DNA of 64,000 bases, from assembly GCA_951406725.2 (NCBI GenBank), contig OX597822.1:46376001-46440000 (forward strand), given 5' to 3'. The notes below the pieces were generated by a model. The model was not told where the DNA came from, did no database searches, and worked only from the letters and a program-made list of their open reading frames with translations. This DNA is from Octopus vulgaris. Its lineage: Eukaryota. This document shows, one piece after another, positions 13,681 through 30,119 of the stretch. A program made the position numbers and the translations under genes. Position 1 is the stretch's first letter, and the number at the start of each line of letters is the position of its first letter.

Positions 13681-13690
13681 TGGTGACCCC
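13681..13690 (+). promoter_or_regulatory. Primer binding site, tRNA-Trp
   Basis: TGGTGACCCC, 2 nt after the LTR, is complementary to the 3' end of eukaryotic tRNA-Trp (..GGGGUCACCA). Confidence 0.8.
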
Positions 13691-14052
13691 AAGTTGAAAA
13701 AAAAAAGAACAGAAGACGCAGCGAACAGGTTTTTGCCAGATAGAGCACTGAACATTCATTTTTTCATTTTTTCTTTCTTTCAGAATGGCGAGGTGGGTAC
13801 AAACAAGCTTATTCATCGCACTCAGTACACTGAAAAAAAAGAAAAAAAAGAAAACACACACACATTATTTTTTTTCCTTTTCTGTACTTTGTTTTCCTTT
13901 GTGCACACACACACTTGTTTTACTACCCACGAGGTACACACACCAGTACACAAAAACACAATTTTGATTTGCTTTCTTGGTTCCACGTGTTCTCCCTCCA
14001 TTTCTCGATCATACCTTCTGCCCCTTTCTGACAGATTCTTTCTGACAAAGGC

Positions 14053-14694
14053 ATGGCTTCAGGTTTGCCTTCATACACGGGGGATGTGGGTCTGTGGTTT
14101 ACCCAGGTGGAGTGGTATTTTGATGCACATGCCATTTCTCCACAGCAGCAGTTGCACCTGCTATATTCCAGTTTACATCCCCGACTTGCCGCATCGATCA
14201 GGGATCTAATAATAAGTCCCCACCCGGACGCCACATATGCGTCCGTGAAAGCAGAAATCCTCCGCCGCAACACGCGGTCGGGGGAGAGTAATTTTCAGGA
14301 GCTGATGGCCGACGAGCAGTTGCGGGACAGAACTCCATCCCAGTTCCTGCGCCATCTAAGGGAGCTTAGCGGCAACGCAGCGGACGCGCCGCTCTTATGG
14401 AGGATATTTTTCTCCAGGTTGCCTGCCCACGTGCAGACAATGCTGGCCACGGTACTGGAGTCTGTGTCAGTTGATCAGATTGCCACGATGGCCGATAGAA
14501 TACTGGAATTTCCAAATCCATCTCCATCGCGAGGCCTGTGTGCATGTATAGAGCCCCCTCCGACAGTTTCCCCTGCGCAAATTTCACTAACCGAGCGGCT
14601 CGATGCGCTCACGCGACGAATCGATGATCTGTCCCGTGCGATCGGGCGCCAACAACGCAGTCGTAGTCGCTCAGCCGAAAGGGCAGAAAACTAA
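14053..14694 (+). CDS. gag: Gag (CsRn1-like)
   Basis: Open 213-aa ORF with LWFTQVEWYF, LRDRTPSQFLRHLREL, IFFSRLP and an RSRSRS tail, located after the PBS. Confidence 0.85.
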   Translation: MASGLPSYTGDVGLWFTQVEWYFDAHAISPQQQLHLLYSSLHPRLAASIRDLIISPHPDATYASVKAEILRRNTRSGESNFQELMADEQLRDRTPSQFLRHLRELSGNAADAPLLWRIFFSRLPAHVQTMLATVLESVSVDQIATMADRILEFPNPSPSRGLCACIEPPPTVSPAQISLTERLDALTRRIDDLSRAIGRQQRSRSRSAERAEN

Positions 14695-17600
14695 ATCCGG
14701 AGGAGGTGAGCACGTCACCTTCTTCCATCTCGTTTCCCAAAAATCGTGCATTCTTTGTAAAAGATCTGGTGTCGAAGAAATTCTTCATGGTGGACACCGG
14801 CTCGTGTTACAGCATCTGGCCTCTTCGTCTGGCTGCAGACAAGCCCAAGCGCTCTTCAATTGTCTTGCATGCTATCGACTCGTCTCCCATAACCACTTAC
14901 GGTCAGATTTCGCTGCGCCTCGACATCAACCTTTGTCGAGATTTTCAATGGGTTTTCGTCATCGCTGACATCCCACATCCTATTCTCGGCGCTGATTTCC
15001 TGGATAGGTTTAATCTATTGGTGGATGTCAGGCGTCGGAGGCTTCTTGATAGCACGACGTCGCTCTCTACACCGACTGGGAGTTCCACCACTACGGTCCT
15101 TAGCCCGACATTCTTTGTTGCCACCTCTGGAGACCCTTTTCACTCTCTTTTGGTTTCATTTCCGGAGCTAGTGGACATTGCCTTTAAACCGGAAAAGCCT
15201 ACCCACTCGACCGTCCATTTTATCACCACCACTGGGCCGCCTGTATTTTCGCGCCCACGGCGCCTTGCGCCAGACTGACTTAAAACGGCCTGGGCCGAGT
15301 TTGAGCACATGCTTCAACTTGGCCTTATACGCCCCTCCACCAGCCCATGGGCATCTCCCCTTCATTTGGCGCGAAAGGGCAAGTCTGATTTTCGCCCGGT
15401 TGGAGACTATCGACGCCTCAATGCCATAACAATAGCCGACCGATATCCGATTAGAAATCTCCAGGACTTTACGGCAAATCTCCATGGTTGTACCATTTTT
15501 TCGAAGGTCGACCTTATACGCGCGTACCACCAAATACCGGTCAACCCACCCGACGTTCCGAAAACTGCGATCACTACCCCCTTTGGGTGTTTTGAGTTTT
15601 TGTATATGAGTTTCGGTTTGCGGAATGCTACTAGCACTTTCCAGCATTTCATTGATGAGGTTGTCCGCGGTCTTGATTTTGTGTTTGCCTATGTCGATGA
15701 TATACTCATTGCAAGCGACACACATGAAAATCATCTCCAGCACCTTTCTCAGCTTTTTCAGCGTCCTCGCGCTTATAGTATACGTATAAATCCCGACAAG
15801 TGTGTTTTCAGACGCTCTTCCCTAGATTTTCTAGGCCATCATATTGATTCGAGTGGAATCAGCCCTCTCTCGTCAAAAGTCGATGCCATTCAACGCATCG
15901 CACCCCCACTTCCTTGCGCCAGCTCAGGCATTATCTAGGGATGATCAATTTCTACAGACGTTTTATTCCCGGTTGTGCAGATAAGCTACTACCTCTCACC
16001 AGGCTATTAAAGGACTCTCCTAGGAAGGACAGTCAAGTCACCCTCTCTGTTGAGGCAGTGACAGCCTTTGAGTCCATTAAGAAGGAGCTGGCTTCTGTTT
16101 ATTTGCTTGCACATCCAGTTCCTGGTGCTTCTCTCTCTTTGACTGTAGACTCATCGGACACTGCGATTGGCGCTGTGTTACAACACACAGTGGATGATCA
16201 TATTCGACCTCTAGCTTTCTTTTCCCGTCAACTGCAACCAGCTGAACGACGATACAGCACCTTTGATCATGAGCTCCTAGCGATCTATCTATCGGTTTGT
16301 CATTTCCAGCATCAACTTGAAGGGCGAGATTTTGTGATCTATACGGATCACAAGCCCCTTACGTTTGCCCTGTGTTCAAAAACGGACAAACTCTCACCCC
16401 GTGCTTTCCGGCACCTGGATTTTATCTCTCAATTCACTAGCAACATTCGACACATACCTGGAAAAGAGAACGTTCCTGCTGACGCTCTCTCTCGCCTTCC
16501 AGTTTGCGCCCTTTCGTCTCCTGCTGCTATCGACTTAGCTGCCATCTCGCAGGAGCAGCCACCTTTGGCGTCGTTAGACTTAACTTCTCCCAAGTTCTCC
16601 TGTTGCCAGTTTTCCTACCTTCCACTTCCGTCAGCCGAAGGCACCATTCTTTGTGATATTTCCACTGGTTCTCCCAGGCCACTTGTGCCTGAGAACCATC
16701 AACGCTCAGTGTTTGAAGCACTGCACTCCTTATCACATCCTGGCATTGCTGTCACCCTTAAACTAATCACTGCTCGGTTTTTCTGGCCGAATATGCATCG
16801 CACTATTACTTCTTGGACACGCACCTGCTCCAAGTGTCAACGGTCCAAGATTCAACGGCACGTTCGTGCCCCACTTGGACAATTTCCCCCCACGGAGGCC
16901 CGTTTTCGCCATGTCCACATCGATCTGGTTGGACCATGGCCTGTGAGTCGTGGGTTCTCTTATCTGTTAACTTGTGTCGATCGTTTCTCCCGCTGGCCAG
17001 AAGCCATTCCGATAGCAGACATTTCTGCTGAGACTGTTGCGCGAGCTTTCGTTTCAAACTGGATTTCTCGCTTCGGAGTCCCGTCCCGATTGACAACTGA
17101 TCGTGGACGTCAGTTTGAGGCCTCGCTATTTCGCGAATTATCGCGAATTTTAGGTATGCACCATATCCATACTACAAGCTACCATCCAGCGTCTAATGGA
17201 TTAGTTGAGCGGTTCCATAGACAGCTCAAGGCCGCTCTTCATGCCTCTTCAGATCCACAGTCCTGGATTGAATTTCTGCCCATTGTGCTTCTCAGCTGTC
17301 GGACTGCTGTCAAGGCAGACCTGGGGTTTTCTGCTGCAGAGCTGCTGTATGGTACCACACTGGCATTGCCTGGTACGATGTTGGTGCCAGACACTTCCCA
17401 GCCCCATGATCCGGCGACCTATGTCACCAGACTGCGTGCATATTTTTTGAACCTTCCACCCATGGTTCCCAGGAAGCAATCTCCACCATCCCATCTTCCA
17501 CCAGATATGAACACCTGGTCGCATGTTTTTGTTCGGGACGACTCTGTGAAGGGCTCACTTGTTTCTCCCTATAAAGGACCTTTCCGTGTGCTTTCTCGCA

Positions 17601-17920
17601 CACCAAAGGTTTTCACGATTGAGATAAATGGTCGTTCGGAGACCGTCTCCGTGGACCGGTTAAAAAAAGAGTATTTTGAGACGTCTCCATCTTTTGATGA
17701 CAACCTTGACACACCCACCTATGCACCTTTAACAACACCTTCACCTGCACAAACGCCTTCACCTGCGCAAACACCTTCACCTGCACAGACGCCTTTGCCT
17801 TCACCGGCTCCTACAACACCACCCTCGCCGTCAACGGGTGCCCCGAGCCCACCGTATGTTACAAAATCGGGCAGAACAGTGCATTGGCCCAAGAAACTTT
17901 CAAAGACAATCTACATTTAA
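14686..17920 (+). pseudogene. pol: Pol: protease, RT, RNase H, integrase; one stop and one frameshift
   Basis: PR VDTGS/ILGADFL; TGA at 15276-15278; RT DYRRLN, YVDD; frameshift at ~15905-15914; RH TVDSSD, ELLAI, TDHKPL; IN HHCC, HIDLVG/TDRG/VERFH, PYKGPF. Confidence 0.92.
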
Positions 17921-18043
17921 CCTTCTTTCAAATTTTTCTTGTTTTGTATGATATTATGTACCAAGTCTTCTGGGGGATCGGCAAGCCATCTGTTTTTTCT
18001 GCAGCACCACCACAAATTTTCTTGTTGTCGTACTTTCGCACTC

Positions 18044-18052
18044 GAGGGGGAG
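18044..18052 (+). promoter_or_regulatory. Polypurine tract
   Basis: GAGGGGGAG ending 3 nt before the 3' LTR. Confidence 0.75.
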
Positions 18053-18055
18053 CCT

Positions 18056-18470
18056 TGTAGTGATGCTACTGTATAGGGTTCAGCGCGCATGCGCAGAATG
18101 GGACTACTTCCGGGTGGCCACCGGAAGTCTTCCCCATGCGCATGTGCGGGAAACGATCCCTTCGGCCCGCTAAACTCAAATCATTCTCTCTGGCAAGTCA
18201 GCCAACGCGATCGGACGTACATTTCACAGGCTCTGATAAACTCACCGACTTAGCCGCCAATGACCATCGAACCTCTTCAACAAAACGAACAAGAAGCTGT
18301 ACATCAGAGGCTGTCCTTCTCCCATCAGACACACGTACGCCATCACAATAAATAAACGAACTGCTGTCTTTTACCTACAACCTGACTTCGTCTGTATTGT
18401 CTTACAAAAATTGTATGTGACTGGATCGGATCGACACCCTTTCAGTGAATCGATAACCCATCCTGTTACA
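18056..18470 (+). repeat. 3' LTR
   Basis: Direct repeat of the 5' LTR, followed by the TSD ACAT. Confidence 0.95.
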
Positions 18471-18699
18471 ACATATATATATATAGTTCAAATTTACAGA
18501 AAACAAAAGATGAAGATAGGTGAAGGAACAACAACTAGGTGTATTAGTTTAATGCTCAAGAAGAATGGAAAAGTATTTGATGTTTCGAGCCTATGCTCTT
18601 TGACAGAAAGGGTTAAGAGGGGAAAATGGAGAGAGAATAGAAAAAACAGAGAGAGAAAAAAAATGTGTAGGGATTAACAGTTCAATATGATAAAATGGA

Positions 18700-20720
<2,021 letters not shown>

Positions 20721-20784
20721 TTAATTTTCAAATATATATATATATGTGTATGTATATGTATGTATAAAATTTAGAGAAAAACCA

Positions 20785-21848
20785 ATTTGACTGAGGACTG
20801 GCAAACCAGATGGCTGCACCAGACTCCAATCTTGTTCTGGCAGAGTTTCTACAGCTTGATGCCCTTCCTAACACCAACCACCCTGAGAGTGTAGTAGATG
20901 CTTTTACGTGCCACCAGCACAAGGGCCAGTCAGGGGGTACTGGCAATGGCCACGCTCAAATGGTGTTTTTTATGTGCCACCTGCACAGGAGCCAGCCCAG
21001 CAGCACTGGCAATGACCTAACTTGAATGTTTTTTCACGTGCCACCAACACAAGTGCCAGTAAGGCGACACTGGTAAGGATCATGCTCAAATGGTGCTTTT
21101 TACATGCAGCCGGCACAGAAGCCAGTTAGCCGCTCTGGCAACAATCGTGCTTGGGTGGTGCTCTTAGTGCTCCACTAGCACAGATGCCAGTTATTGAATT
21201 TGATTTCGATTTCACTTGCCTCAACAGGTCTTCACAAGCAGAGTTTAGTGTCCAATGAAGGAAAGGTATGCATAAGTGGGCTGATTACACCCTTGGCATA
21301 GGCCACAAGGTTATGGTCTCATTTGCCTTGCCGGGTCTTCTCAAGCATAGCATATTTCCAAAAGTCTCGGTCACTAGTCATTACCTTGGTGAGGCCTAAT
21401 GTTCAAAGGTCGTGCTTCACCACTTCATCCCAGGTCTTCCTGGGTCTACCTCTTCCACAGGTTCCCTCAACCACTAGGGTGTGGCACTTTTTCACACAGC
21501 TATCCTCATCCATTCTTGCCCCATGACCATACCAGTGCAGTTGTCTCTCTTGTACATCACATCTGATGCTTTTTAGGTCCAACTTTTCTCTCAAGGTACT
21601 TACACTCAGTCGAGTATGCACACTGACATTACACATTCATCGGATCATACTGGCTTCATTCCTTGTGAGCTTACGCATGTCCTCAGCAGTCATGACTCAT
21701 GTTCCACTGCCATGTAGCAAGGCTGTTCGTACACAAGCATCATACAGTCTACCTTTTACTCTGAACGAGCGGCCCTTTGTCACCAGCAGAGGTAGGAGCT
21801 CTCTGAACTTTGCCCAGGCTATTCTTATTCTAGCAGCTACACTTTCAG

Positions 21849-21850
<2 letters not shown>
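20785..21850 (-). mobile_element. 5'-truncated RTE LINE
   Basis: ORF 21403..21636 (HWYGHGARM, GRGRPRKTWDEVVKHDL) plus the repetitive 3' UTR. Confidence 0.85.
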
Positions 21851-21900
<50 letters not shown>

Positions 21901-22269
21901 ATTTGTATTAAAAACTAATAATTGATGTTAGTCAATTGTTGTCGATCAATATTTCTTCATTTTCTGTATACTTTAAATTTGATTCCTGATAAACTCATGT
22001 TTATCTTCATCATTGCCTGTATCCTTTGAGCATGATATGCTTGCATATGTATGCCCAGGGTTAACATAGGTAATTATACTGGTAGTAATATATATATATA
22101 TATATAATAACAGGTAAAAGAAATTAAGAAATCTAGGCAGATATCTAGAAATCCCTGAGTGTTAAGTGAACTTTGTTAACTAATTCAAACAATTTGATAC
22201 CAATGAATTAAAATAGAATCACCATCCAAGGTAACACCTTGCGTATGAAAATAAATCCAAATATCATTC

Positions 22270-22493
22270 TTTTATTCTTTTACTTGTTTCAGTCATTTGA
22301 CTGCAGCCATGCTCGGGCACCACCTTTAGCCAAGCAAACCGACCCCAGGATTTATTCTTTGTAAGCCCAGTACTATTCTTTCGGCCTCATTTGTCAAACT
22401 GCTAAGTTATGGGGACATAAACACACAGCATCGGTTGTCAAGCGATGTTGGTGGATAAATACAGACACACAAACAAACAAACACACACACACA

Positions 22494-22550
<57 letters not shown>

Positions 22551-22712
22551 CGGGCTTCTTTCAGTTTCCATTTACCAAATCCACTTACAAGGCTTTGGTC
22601 GGCCTGAGGCTATAGTAAAAGATACTTGCCCATGGTGCCACGCAATGGGACTGAACCTGGAACCATGTGGTTGGTAAGCAAGCTACTTACCACACAGCCA
22701 CTCCTGCGCCTA
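22270..22712 (-). mobile_element. Full-length SINE family 2
   Basis: Head taggcgcaggagtggctgtgtggtaag (reverse complement) through to the tail gactgaaacaagtaaaagaat. Confidence 0.8.
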
Positions 22713-23768
22713 TCTATGGATGAATTTTAAAAAATCCAGGGAATATAAGAACTTGAAGAAGAATGGAGAAACCACATCTTTATTTGATGCTTATACCATA
22801 GAATACTAATAGGCATGTCTATTGTGCTACATATTTAGATATAGAGAAAAGGTACAAAATAGAAGTGAAACAAATAGATCCAAAAATTTATGCTAACACA
22901 ATATTATCAAGGCAATCAAAAACAGGTTAAATTCAAATTGAGCTGAAATAATATCAGTAAGATATGAATGCACATGAAAAGAACTTAAGAAGAAAGATAA
23001 TATTGTAAGAAAAGCCAGTTTAGTCTTTAAACTTATGATGATGTCAGTAGACAACGAAGGATTGAGAAATGAACAGAAATTCTATGTCACAACATTTGCT
23101 TGTCAATCTATTCATTTGTGTGTGTGTGTGTGTGTGATATAAACATGAAAACATATCTGGACATGGGGAAATATTACCTTAATTGGGAAAAGGTGAAGGT
23201 TGGTGATGGGAAGGGTATTGTGGTATAGAAAATCCTCATCCATAAATTCCATGGAGAAGTGGGTATTAAAATGATAGTGATGATAATGGTGGTGGTGGTG
23301 GTGGTGGTGGTGGTGGTGGTGGTGGTGATGATGATACCAAAAATGTTTCTGGAAGATGGTTTAGACAAGAAGCATCAATGGCTTTGAATTTCTAGATAAT
23401 TTCTAAGAGATTGCTCTTTAAATACAACTGTTTTGTTCTTTTTGTTCCTTTTTACACTCATTTGATTTCAAGTTTTCCATCATCTTAATTAATTTTATTC
23501 AAAGTATCATTTTGTATTCAATTTTATATATATATATATATTAAATTTTATATATATATTAAAAAAAAAACTAAATTATACATATTTTCCTTTGTCTAAA
23601 TGTTTATATCATTTTATATTAGGAAGCCATTATTACAAACTATAGCTTTGTAATTATATTTGGTAATTAAATATATAAGTCTCACTGTCTGTTGAATTAT
23701 TTACTTCTCTGTCTGTTTGTCACTATTTGTCTCACACACACACACATATACTGAAGAAATATATATAT

Positions 23769-23802
<34 letters not shown>

Positions 23803-23837
23803 TATATGTATGTATGTATGTATGTATATATGAATGC

Positions 23838-23955
<118 letters not shown>

Positions 23956-24187
23956 TACACACATATATATATATAAAAACTGACGTCAGTCCTCATCAAG
24001 TGGAGAATATATACAGTATAACTACCACCACTGCCAAGCAATGATCTCTATATATATACATATATATATCTGTGTGTGTGTTTATATATATGTGTATAGA
24101 CACATATAGACATACATATATATATATATATATATATGCATATGTATATGTGTGTATGTGTGCATGTGTGTGCCTATATATACATAC

Positions 24188-24230
<43 letters not shown>

Positions 24231-24542
24231 TATCAATAGATAGACAGACAGTTAGGTATACACATACATTTATGCATAAATACCTATATGTATATATACA
24301 TATATATATAAGAGAGAGGGAGACAGAAAGAGGGAGATAGATAGATAGATAGATATACATATACATATATGCCTATATGTATGTATATGAATACAAATAT
24401 ATGTATATATATATACAGACACATATATATTATACATATATATACAGGTATGGCCATAAGTTGCTTTACTCATTTCTAATAATAACAAAGAAATGGTTAA
24501 AATGACTTATGGCCCTCCCTGTACATACATGTATATGTATGT

Positions 24543-25206
24543 ATGAGGACATTCCGGACAAGAGACTGCGAGACCATGTTGACACTATGGAGGACATTTG
24601 TCCTAAGCCGCCTGGACTACTGCTCCCAACTGTGGTCACCGCATAGTGTCAAACTAACCACAGAGCTTGAGACAATCCAAAGACATTTCACCAAGAGGAT
24701 TTCCACCATGAAAGAAAAGAACTATTGGGAGAGGCTTAGGGAACTCAATTTGTACTCCTTGGAACGAAGACGAGAGAGATATGCAGTGATATACATATGG
24801 AAAATCCTGGAGGGACTAGCACCAAATTTTGGAATTGAGAGCTGTTCCAATCCCCGTACAGGACGTCACTGTGTGGTGCCAAAGGTCCCGTCTTCCACAT
24901 CCAGGGTAAGGAGCAGATACTGTAATAGCCTGGGGTTCAGGGGCCCTCAGCTTTTCAACAAACTGCCAAGAAAACTAAGAGATCTACATGATGCGGATGT
25001 GGACATTTTCAAAAAACATCTAGACAAGCTGCTTTCCGAGATCCCAGATGAACCCACTGCAAGGTACGAAGGTAACCTAAGGGCAGCAGCTACAAACTCT
25101 CTCTTAGATCAGTGGCCAGCCACGGCAAACTGGACTTAGAGAGGGTAGCAACAAGGGCGGTGCCCCAGCATGGCCTCAGCCGGATGGCTGAAACAAGTAA
25201 AAGAGT
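24543..25206 (+). mobile_element. 5'-truncated CR1-group LINE, family A (ORF2 C-terminus, open)
   Basis: 198-aa ORF: LDYCSQLWSP, LYSLERRRERY, GPQLFNKLP. Short 3' UTR with a stem-loop. Confidence 0.85.
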
Positions 25207-26830
<1,624 letters not shown>

Positions 26831-29279
26831 GACATGGATCTCATCCATAATGTGAAAGTGACACCGACACTACTCTCGGATCACAACATGATAGAGCTGA
26901 CCATGTACGGGCCAAAAGAGAGCACGGACATGCAGCCTACAAGAAACCCTCAAAATCTTTCCAGCTTGAACTACCATAAGGCAAACTGGAAACAAATTGA
27001 GAAAGAGATCCTCAAACAAAACTGGCCTAAATGTCTCTCCTCGCCAGACATCGACGTGAAACTTCAACAATTCATGTCTGTAATGCAAGCCATATGCTAC
27101 AAATGTGTCCCAGAGAGAAAGGCCACTGTACACGAGAACAAAATCCCCAGAGAGAGGAAAATTTTAATGAGACGGCGTACGAAATTTTCAAATCGCCTAA
27201 ACAAACAGATTGAAAGCAGTGAAAAGTCCCGCCTAAAAATAAAACTGTTGGAAATCGAAAAATGTCTGCAACTCTCCCATGAAAAAGAAAGAGCAGACAA
27301 AGAAGCCTGGGCTATAGAAAACATAAAATCTAACCCCAGAGCTTTCTACAGGTATGCCAAAGAAACAGCTACAGTGCACTGTAGAATAGGGCCACTCCTC
27401 GAAAAGGATGGCACACTTACAGGAAAACCAATGAGGGTAAGTGAAATACTGAATGAGCAATTCAAGAGTGTTTTCACTCCACCCCTTGGGCATCTCCAAA
27501 TCACCAATCCAACTGACTTTTTTACCACTGCAGATATAAAATCAGAGGCGGCGACGATAGATTACATCGATATAAAGGAAGACGATGTAACCAAGGCTAT
27601 AGATGAAATGAAAACAGACTCAGCTACTGGCCCCGATGAGATTCCCGGCAATCCTCCTAAAAGCATGTAAGAGAGTCCTAGCAAGACCACTGCAGTTCCT
27701 CTTTCAGAGCTTCCTTGCAGCTGGCAAACTTCCAGGAAAACTGAAGGAAGGTAAAATATGCCCCATTCATAAAGGAGGTAGCAGAGCGGAAGCCAAGAAC
27801 TATAGACCTATCTCTCTGACCTCACACATCAGCAAGGTCATGGAACGAATAGTCAGAAGGAAGCTGATCACCTTCCTTGAAGAGAATGACTTGCTGCCCG
27901 ACACCCAACATGGTTTCCGACCAGGGAGAAGCTGTTTAACTCAGCTCCTACAACACTATGACTGGGTGCTGAAACGGCTGCTCAACCACTCAAATGTGGA
28001 AGTGATATATCTCGACTTTGCAAAGGCCTTTGATAAAGTCGATCATGGAATGATATGTCACAAACTGCGTGATCTCAACATAGTTGGAAAACTGGGAGAA
28101 TGGCTTCATGACTTTCTGAAGGATAGAAGTCAGGTGGTAGTAGCCAATGGGGCCACCTCCATTAACACACAAATAGTGAGCGGTGTTCCGCAGGGCACTG
28201 TTCTGGGACCACTACTGTTCATAATGGCCCTCTCAGACATGCCCTCAGCCACGCAGAGAGCCACGATCACAAGTTATGCAGATGATACAAAAGTTTCACA
28301 GGCAATACAGAACCCTGAGGACACTAAACACCTGCAATGTGAGCTGGACGAAATATACAAGTGGGCTGAAAAGAATAGCATGCAGTTCAATGCTGGAAAG
28401 TTTCAAGCTTTATACTATCAGCATGCAAAACTGAATGCAATACCCAATGAATACACTGGACCCGGAGGGATTGCAATCCCAGAGGCACAATCAGTGCGTG
28501 ACCTGGGTATTCACATGAGTGATGACGCGACCTTTCATGTACATGTTGCTAAACTGACAATGAAATGTAGACGGCTGGCTGCATGGATTCTTAGAACCTT
28601 TAGAACAAGAGAACAAGAAACCATGATGGTCCTCTGGAAGACACTTGTCCTAAGCCACTTTGACTATTGCTCTCAGCTATGGTCACCATCCAGTGTCAAG
28701 TTGATCACAGAACTTGAGGCGATCCAACGAAGCTACACAAAGAAGATAGCCTCTATGCAGAATGTAAGCTACTGGGAAAGACTCAAGAGATTAAAATTAT
28801 ATTCCCTGGAGCGTAGGCGGGAAAGATATGCCATAATATACATCTGGAAGATCCTGGAGGGAAGTGTCCTGAACTTTGGCATTGAGAGTTACGCAAATGC
28901 CAGAACTGGGCGCCACTGCGTGGTGCCTAGGACTCCAAACCTGCCATCAAGATGTAGGACAAGATTCTGTGATAGCCTGGGCTTCCGAGGCCCACAGCTC
29001 TTCAATATCCTCCCGAAGAACCTGAGAGACCTGCATGGGGTGGATACAGATGTCTTTAAAATGAAGCTGGATCTCTTCCTGTCAGGTGTCCCAGATGAAC
29101 CAACTTCACGGCAGGAGGGGCAGATGAGGGCAGCTGCATCGAACTCTCTCATGCACCAAATAGCAGTTGCTAGAAAGCCTCCATGAAGTGAAACCAAGTA
29201 GCAACACCAAATGGCGGTGCCCCAGCATGGCCACAGCTCATAAGCTGAAACTAGAATCAATCAATCAATCAATCAATCA
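26831..29279 (+). mobile_element. 5'-truncated CR1-group LINE, family B; ORF2 with one frameshift
   Basis: APE end (LSDHNMI), frameshift at ~27638, RT motifs NYRPISLTS, QHGFRPGRSC, YLDFAKAFD, GVPQGTVLGP, YADD. Stop at 29186, then a (CAAT)n tail. Confidence 0.92.
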
Positions 29280-29298
29280 TATGTATATATATATATAA

Positions 29299-29344
<46 letters not shown>

Positions 29345-29349
29345 CTATG

Positions 29350-29382
<33 letters not shown>

Positions 29383-29517
29383 GTATATATATATATGTAT
29401 ATATATATGTATATGTATATATATGTATATATATATATGTATATATATATATGTATATATATATATGTATATATATATATGTATATATATATATGTATAT
29501 GTATATATATGTATATG

Positions 29518-29598
<81 letters not shown>

Positions 29599-29635
29599 GT
29601 ATATATATATGTATATGTATATATATATGTATATG

Positions 29636-29760
<125 letters not shown>

Positions 29761-30081
29761 GTATATATATATGTATATATATATATATATATATCTGAGT
29801 TTCGGATGCCGAAACTCAGAGTTTATCTTGGCTATTGAATAATTGTCACATTATTTTACAGATAAATTTCCTCAATTTACATAATATTGAGGTCTCTTCC
29901 TTTCTTTTGTTATCTTACTGTTTTTACCAATATATTCCCGTGTCAGGCCGAAGAACGAAATGTTCCCAAGATAAGAGAGTCTTTCTAATCTAATGTTGTG
30001 GTTGAGCTGTTTATTATTTATTATTATTACTATTATTATTAGTATTAGTATTGTCCCTTTGATCCTCGGTCGACAGTTTGC

Positions 30082-30119
<38 letters not shown>

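Larger units (their letters stand above)
13264..18470 (+). mobile_element. Full-length Ty3/gypsy LTR retrotransposon, CsRn1-like clade
   Basis: Two 415-bp LTRs (TGTA...TACA), ACAT TSD (13260-13263 and 18471-18474), tRNA-Trp PBS, PPT, and gag-PR-RT-RH-IN domain order. Confidence 0.95.

Noticed and set aside
13619-14209. Extra upstream ORF or env-like gene in the LTR element
   Set aside because: It spans the LTR, PBS and low-complexity leader with no recognisable domain. There is no room for env after the integrase.
22620-22712. tRNA genes
   Set aside because: These are the tRNA-like heads of SINEs. There is no complete cloverleaf and they are attached to SINE bodies.
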